Assembly: GCA_028866995.1 (NCBI GenBank)
Contig: JAGWHD010000001.1
Location: forward strand, 183,218 to 247,217
Length of the DNA stretch: 64,000 nt
Direction of reading: 5' to 3'
From: Candidatus Micrarchaeota archaeon
GTDB taxonomy: Archaea; Micrarchaeota; Micrarchaeia; Micrarchaeales; CABMGC01
Below, in pieces: positions 60,961 through 64,000 of this stretch. The stretch's first letter is position 1, and every line of letters begins with the position of its first letter. The position numbers and the translations under genes are program-made. The notes beneath the pieces are model-generated. The model saw only the letters and a program-made list of their open reading frames with translations. It had not been told where the DNA came from and ran no database searches.

Positions 60961-62337
60961 TCAGGTGACGCATATCCAGTCCTGCGGAAGCAGTATCGAT
61001 ATGTTGGCATCGGAATAGACAGTGGTTGAGCCTTGCAGGTTCTGTATGTCGCTTATCGGAACGCCAGAGCCCTGACTGAGCGCTGCTATAGGGTACCTGG
61101 GCTCTGTTGCGTTGTCATTGTAGAACGGGTTGTACGCCTTCACGCCGTCGTACAGGAGGTATACCCACGAGTTGGACACGACCCTGCAGTTGCCGTATCC
61201 CGAGCTGTTCAGGGAATCCACGGCGCTGCCCATTGCAGATCCCTTAAGATCGACGTTGTGCTGCAGAATATTCGTGCTGTATGCGAAGGCCGCGTACCCT
61301 ACGATGAAGACTGCAAGCAGGACAATTGATATCGAAGCGATAGCCATCCGCATCCTTCTTATCGAAGACCCTTTCAACGACAGCGCCACGAGCAGCAGCA
61401 TGGATGCGGTCACTGCGTATCCGTACCTGGCCTGGTCCGGGGCGCCGTGTCCGAAGGCGACATAGGCATAGCCAGCGATCGACAGCAACGTCAAGAGAAT
61501 CGCGACAAGCGTTTGGTGGTCAACCGATCTTGCCTTCTTGGCAAGGGCCTTCAGCGTCTTGCCTTTGGAAAGCCATCCTGAAGCCACCATGAATATAGCT
61601 GGGACCGACAGCACAGTTGCAATCGACAACGGGTATACCGTGAAGGGCATGGCCCCGTATATGTTGAGGCTTATCGACTGCTCGTAGCTCTGGAGCGGGT
61701 TGCCGAAGAAGTAGTAGTTGAAGAGAAGCCACGGAGAGAGCGCGACTGCGAAAAGGAGAAAGCCGTATGCTATCCTCCTGGGCCTTCCCAGGGCGAGCAG
61801 CAGCGGCACGAATGCCAGAGCGGTATACTTTGACAGGCTCGAAAAGCCGATGAAAAGCCCAGCGAGAGGGCTCCTCCTTGCGAGCATGCCGATTGCGAAG
61901 AGCATGAATGCGAGCGAGAGTATCTCCTCGCTGCTGAAGACGAATGACGTGTAGATGAAGTACGGGTTCAGGAATAGCGCGTACATGATGAGCCTGTCCA
62001 TTTCCAGCGCCCTTGCAATGTATGATATAGAAGCGATGTACAGCAGGTAAAGCGCAATCACGTAAGGCAGGAGAGACCGTCCGAAGGCCGCTACGAGCGG
62101 CATCAGGAGTACGTTCTGCATGCCCGCCCTAAGGGTCTCGATGTAGAAGGTGTTGTCCTGTATTATGTATCCCCAGACAGCGTAATGCCTGGAGAGGAAC
62201 TGCCCGGACATCATGCTCCTGGCGTTAAGGTAGTGCACTATCAGGTCCCACGAAGGCCCGTTGACAATGTATACCAGGAGCAGGGCTGCGAGAGCGATGG
62301 AAATGACAAGGATCTGGAGAAAGAATGGTCTGTCCAT
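60961..62337 (-). CDS. polytopic GT-C-like glycosyltransferase (PMT_2/ArnT-like) candidate
   Basis: 458 aa. About 11 TM in the first 350 aa followed by a soluble C-terminal domain, which is a typical GT-C layout. No catalytic residue assigned. Confidence 0.5.
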   Translation of the reverse strand: MDRPFFLQILVISIALAALLLVYIVNGPSWDLIVHYLNARSMMSGQFLSRHYAVWGYIIQDNTFYIETLRAGMQNVLLMPLVAAFGRSLLPYVIALYLLYIASISYIARALEMDRLIMYALFLNPYFIYTSFVFSSEEILSLAFMLFAIGMLARRSPLAGLFIGFSSLSKYTALAFVPLLLALGRPRRIAYGFLLFAVALSPWLLFNYYFFGNPLQSYEQSISLNIYGAMPFTVYPLSIATVLSVPAIFMVASGWLSKGKTLKALAKKARSVDHQTLVAILLTLLSIAGYAYVAFGHGAPDQARYGYAVTASMLLLVALSLKGSSIRRMRMAIASISIVLLAVFIVGYAAFAYSTNILQHNVDLKGSAMGSAVDSLNSSGYGNCRVVSNSWVYLLYDGVKAYNPFYNDNATEPRYPIAALSQGSGVPISDIQNLQGSTTVYSDANISILLPQDWICVT

Positions 62338-62341
62338 GATG

Positions 62342-63238
62342 TCAGTACATCTTCTCCAGCTTGTCTATCCTCTCCTGCAGCGGCGGATGCGTTGAGAATA
62401 GGTTCATTATGTTGCCCTTCTTGAAAGGGCTGGAGAAGTACAGCGATGCAGTCATCTCGTTGGCGTGCGCCATGGGAACTGACTTTGGGTCCTTCTCGTA
62501 CAGCAGCAGCCTCTTCAGTGCGCTCGATAGCGCCGAAGGGTTCCTTATCAGCCTCGCTCCGTTGGCGTCGGCCATGTATTCCCTTCTCCTTGATATGGCG
62601 AGCCTTATCAGCAGCGCGAATATCGGCGCAAGTATGCCGACCGCTATTGCTATGAGTATTATCCATCCGCTGTTTCCCCTCCTGTTGCCGCCGAAGCCGA
62701 ACCACAGCATGTTCCTTATGAATGCGGCAACCAGCCCTATGACCCCAGCATAGACTATCGCTATCATCATGAACTTCATGTCGTTGTCCTGCACGTGCGA
62801 CATCTCATGGGCGAGCACTCCTTCGAGCTCGGTTCTGTTCATCATCGATAGCAGGCCGGTCGTGACAGCGACAGACGCCTTCTTCTTGCTGGCACCGGTG
62901 GCGAAGGCGTTGGGATTCGGGTCGTTTATTATGTAGACCTTCGGCATGGGGACCTGTATTGCAGCTGCAAGCCCCTCGATTACATCGTACAGCTGCGGGT
63001 ACTTGCTCCTGTCGGTCTCCTGCGCCCTGGACACTGCAAGCACAACCCTGTCCCCGGCAAAGTAGGCGAACATTGCATAGCATATTACGAATACCATGCC
63101 TAGGATGAAGGCGAGCAGCCCTCCGCCCATGAATATGACGAAAAGGTAGATGACAAGCGCGAAGAAGAGCGAGAAGAGCAGCATGAGGAGTATGGACTTG
63201 AGGTTGTTTCTAGCTATCTCATCGAAGAAACTTGCCAT
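62342..63238 (-). CDS. htpX: zinc metalloprotease HtpX (M48 family)
   Basis: HEMSH (HExxH) in LAHEMSHVQDND, downstream EYMADANGA, 4 TM. THPPLQERI at the C-terminus. Confidence 0.92.
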   Translation of the reverse strand: MASFFDEIARNNLKSILLMLLFSLFFALVIYLFVIFMGGGLLAFILGMVFVICYAMFAYFAGDRVVLAVSRAQETDRSKYPQLYDVIEGLAAAIQVPMPKVYIINDPNPNAFATGASKKKASVAVTTGLLSMMNRTELEGVLAHEMSHVQDNDMKFMMIAIVYAGVIGLVAAFIRNMLWFGFGGNRRGNSGWIILIAIAVGILAPIFALLIRLAISRRREYMADANGARLIRNPSALSSALKRLLLYEKDPKSVPMAHANEMTASLYFSSPFKKGNIMNLFSTHPPLQERIDKLEKMY

Positions 63239-63251
63239 CTCGAACCACTAT

Positions 63252-63857
63252 TCACTTCTTCGGCTTCTTCTGCTGCTGAGGGCCCTGCTGCGAGCCCCCC
63301 ATGTCGCTGAAATCAACCTTTACTGGCTCCTTCGCCTCATCAGGCGCCTGGAAGAAGTCCTTCTTTGTGAAGCCGAACATGCCAGCGAACACGTTTCCTG
63401 GGAACTGCTGTATCGCGTTGTTGTAGTCAAGCACGTAATCGTTGTACGAGGTCCTGACGAATGAGATCTTGTTCTCCGTGTTCTCAAGCTCCTGCTGCAG
63501 GTTCTGCATTGTGTCCGATGCCTTGAGGTTCGGATAGTTCTCAACATTGGCGAAGAGGGTCTTCAGCGCCTGGCTTATCATGTTGTTCGCCTGCGCCTTG
63601 TCCTGCACGCTCCCCGATATGAGCTGGCTCCTGAGCTGCGTTATCTGCGTGAGCGTATTCTTCTCGTACTTCATGTAGCCCTTTACAGTCTCGATCAGGT
63701 TAGGTATCAGGTCATACCTCCTCTTGAGCTGCACGTCTATCTGCGCCCATGCGTCCTGGACACGGTTGCGCTTCGCGACGAAGCCGTTGAACAGGAGCAT
63801 TACGCTGACCAGTATCAGTGCGACAATGCCAACTATAGCATAAAGGAGAATCGACAT
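63252..63857 (-). CDS. lemA: LemA family protein
   Basis: N-terminal TM, then NGFVAKRNRVQDAWAQIDVQLKRRYDLIPNLIETVKGY, the canonical LemA block. Lies upstream of htpX, as is commonly seen. Confidence 0.9.
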   Translation of the reverse strand: MSILLYAIVGIVALILVSVMLLFNGFVAKRNRVQDAWAQIDVQLKRRYDLIPNLIETVKGYMKYEKNTLTQITQLRSQLISGSVQDKAQANNMISQALKTLFANVENYPNLKASDTMQNLQQELENTENKISFVRTSYNDYVLDYNNAIQQFPGNVFAGMFGFTKKDFFQAPDEAKEPVKVDFSDMGGSQQGPQQQKKPKK

Positions 63858-63918
63858 TTATAGCCCCGTTATCATATGGCTGAGAAGGCTTAAGAACATT
63901 CTTTTTCAATACGGAGTC

Positions 63919-64000
63919 ATGAAGCTTGACAAGGGGACTGCCGCTGGGCTGCTGCTTGCGGCCGGAGCGGCGCAGTTCATGCTGCTCATGGTCATCTCTG
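63919..64000 (+). CDS. hypothetical membrane protein, 5' end only
   Basis: ATG at 63919 opens MKLDKGTAAGLLLAAGAAQFMLLMVIS..., which runs off the window end. Confidence 0.35.
   Translation, partial: MKLDKGTAAGLLLAAGAAQFMLLMVIS

Noticed and set aside
1-64000. CRISPR arrays, rRNA genes, IS elements/transposases, toxin-antitoxin pairs
   Set aside because: I found no regularly spaced direct repeats, no rRNA-like conserved stretches, no DDE/HUH/integrase motifs and no typical TA gene pairs on either strand.

Overview
Archaeal chromosomal segment, roughly 50-55% GC by eye, with strong ATA/AGG/AAG codon bias and tight packing (many 1-4 nt gene overlaps). Promoters are TTTAAA-type TATA boxes 20-35 nt upstream of start codons.

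Contents:
- Ribosomal-protein clusters: L11; L1-L10-L12; L15e; L3-L4-L23-L2-S19-L22-S3-L29-aIF1(SUI1); S13-S4-S11.
- Information processing: Spt5, TFB, both primase subunits (PriS, PriL), CCA-adding enzyme, Trm5, Pth2, a DEAD-box helicase.
- A 10-gene complex-I-like operon, nuoABCDHIJKLN.
- Four tRNA genes: Asn-GUU, Ala-CGC, Ser-GGA with two introns, and Lys-UUU directly abutting a class II lysS.
- Other genes: NMNAT, phosphohexomutase, a Na+/H+ antiporter, HtpX/LemA, ArsR and PadR regulators, several membrane-anchored surface proteins dense in N-glycosylation sequons, and a type IV pilin-like LamG fusion.
- I saw no rRNA, CRISPR array, transposase or integrase.

Lineage cannot be fixed from the sequence. 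The double-intron tRNA, the QSAMEYLMTYGWAIL-type pilin leader and the compact genes fit a DPANN (Micrarchaeota-like) or Thermoplasmata-like archaeon.

Best leads:
1. An orphan three-gene cluster at 11909-15863: a 614-aa unknown, a 355-aa unknown and a ROK kinase.
2. tRNA-Ser with a canonical and a T-loop intron.
3. tRNA-Lys ending 1 nt before the lysS start codon.
4. A nuo operon with no nuoM.
5. A PriL lacking the Fe-S cysteines, translationally coupled to a Cys-rich mini-protein.
6. A GC-rich structured 300-nt non-coding region after SUI1.
7. An AT-rich degraded islet downstream of tRNA-Asn.

All functional calls come from motif recognition by eye. No database search was run.
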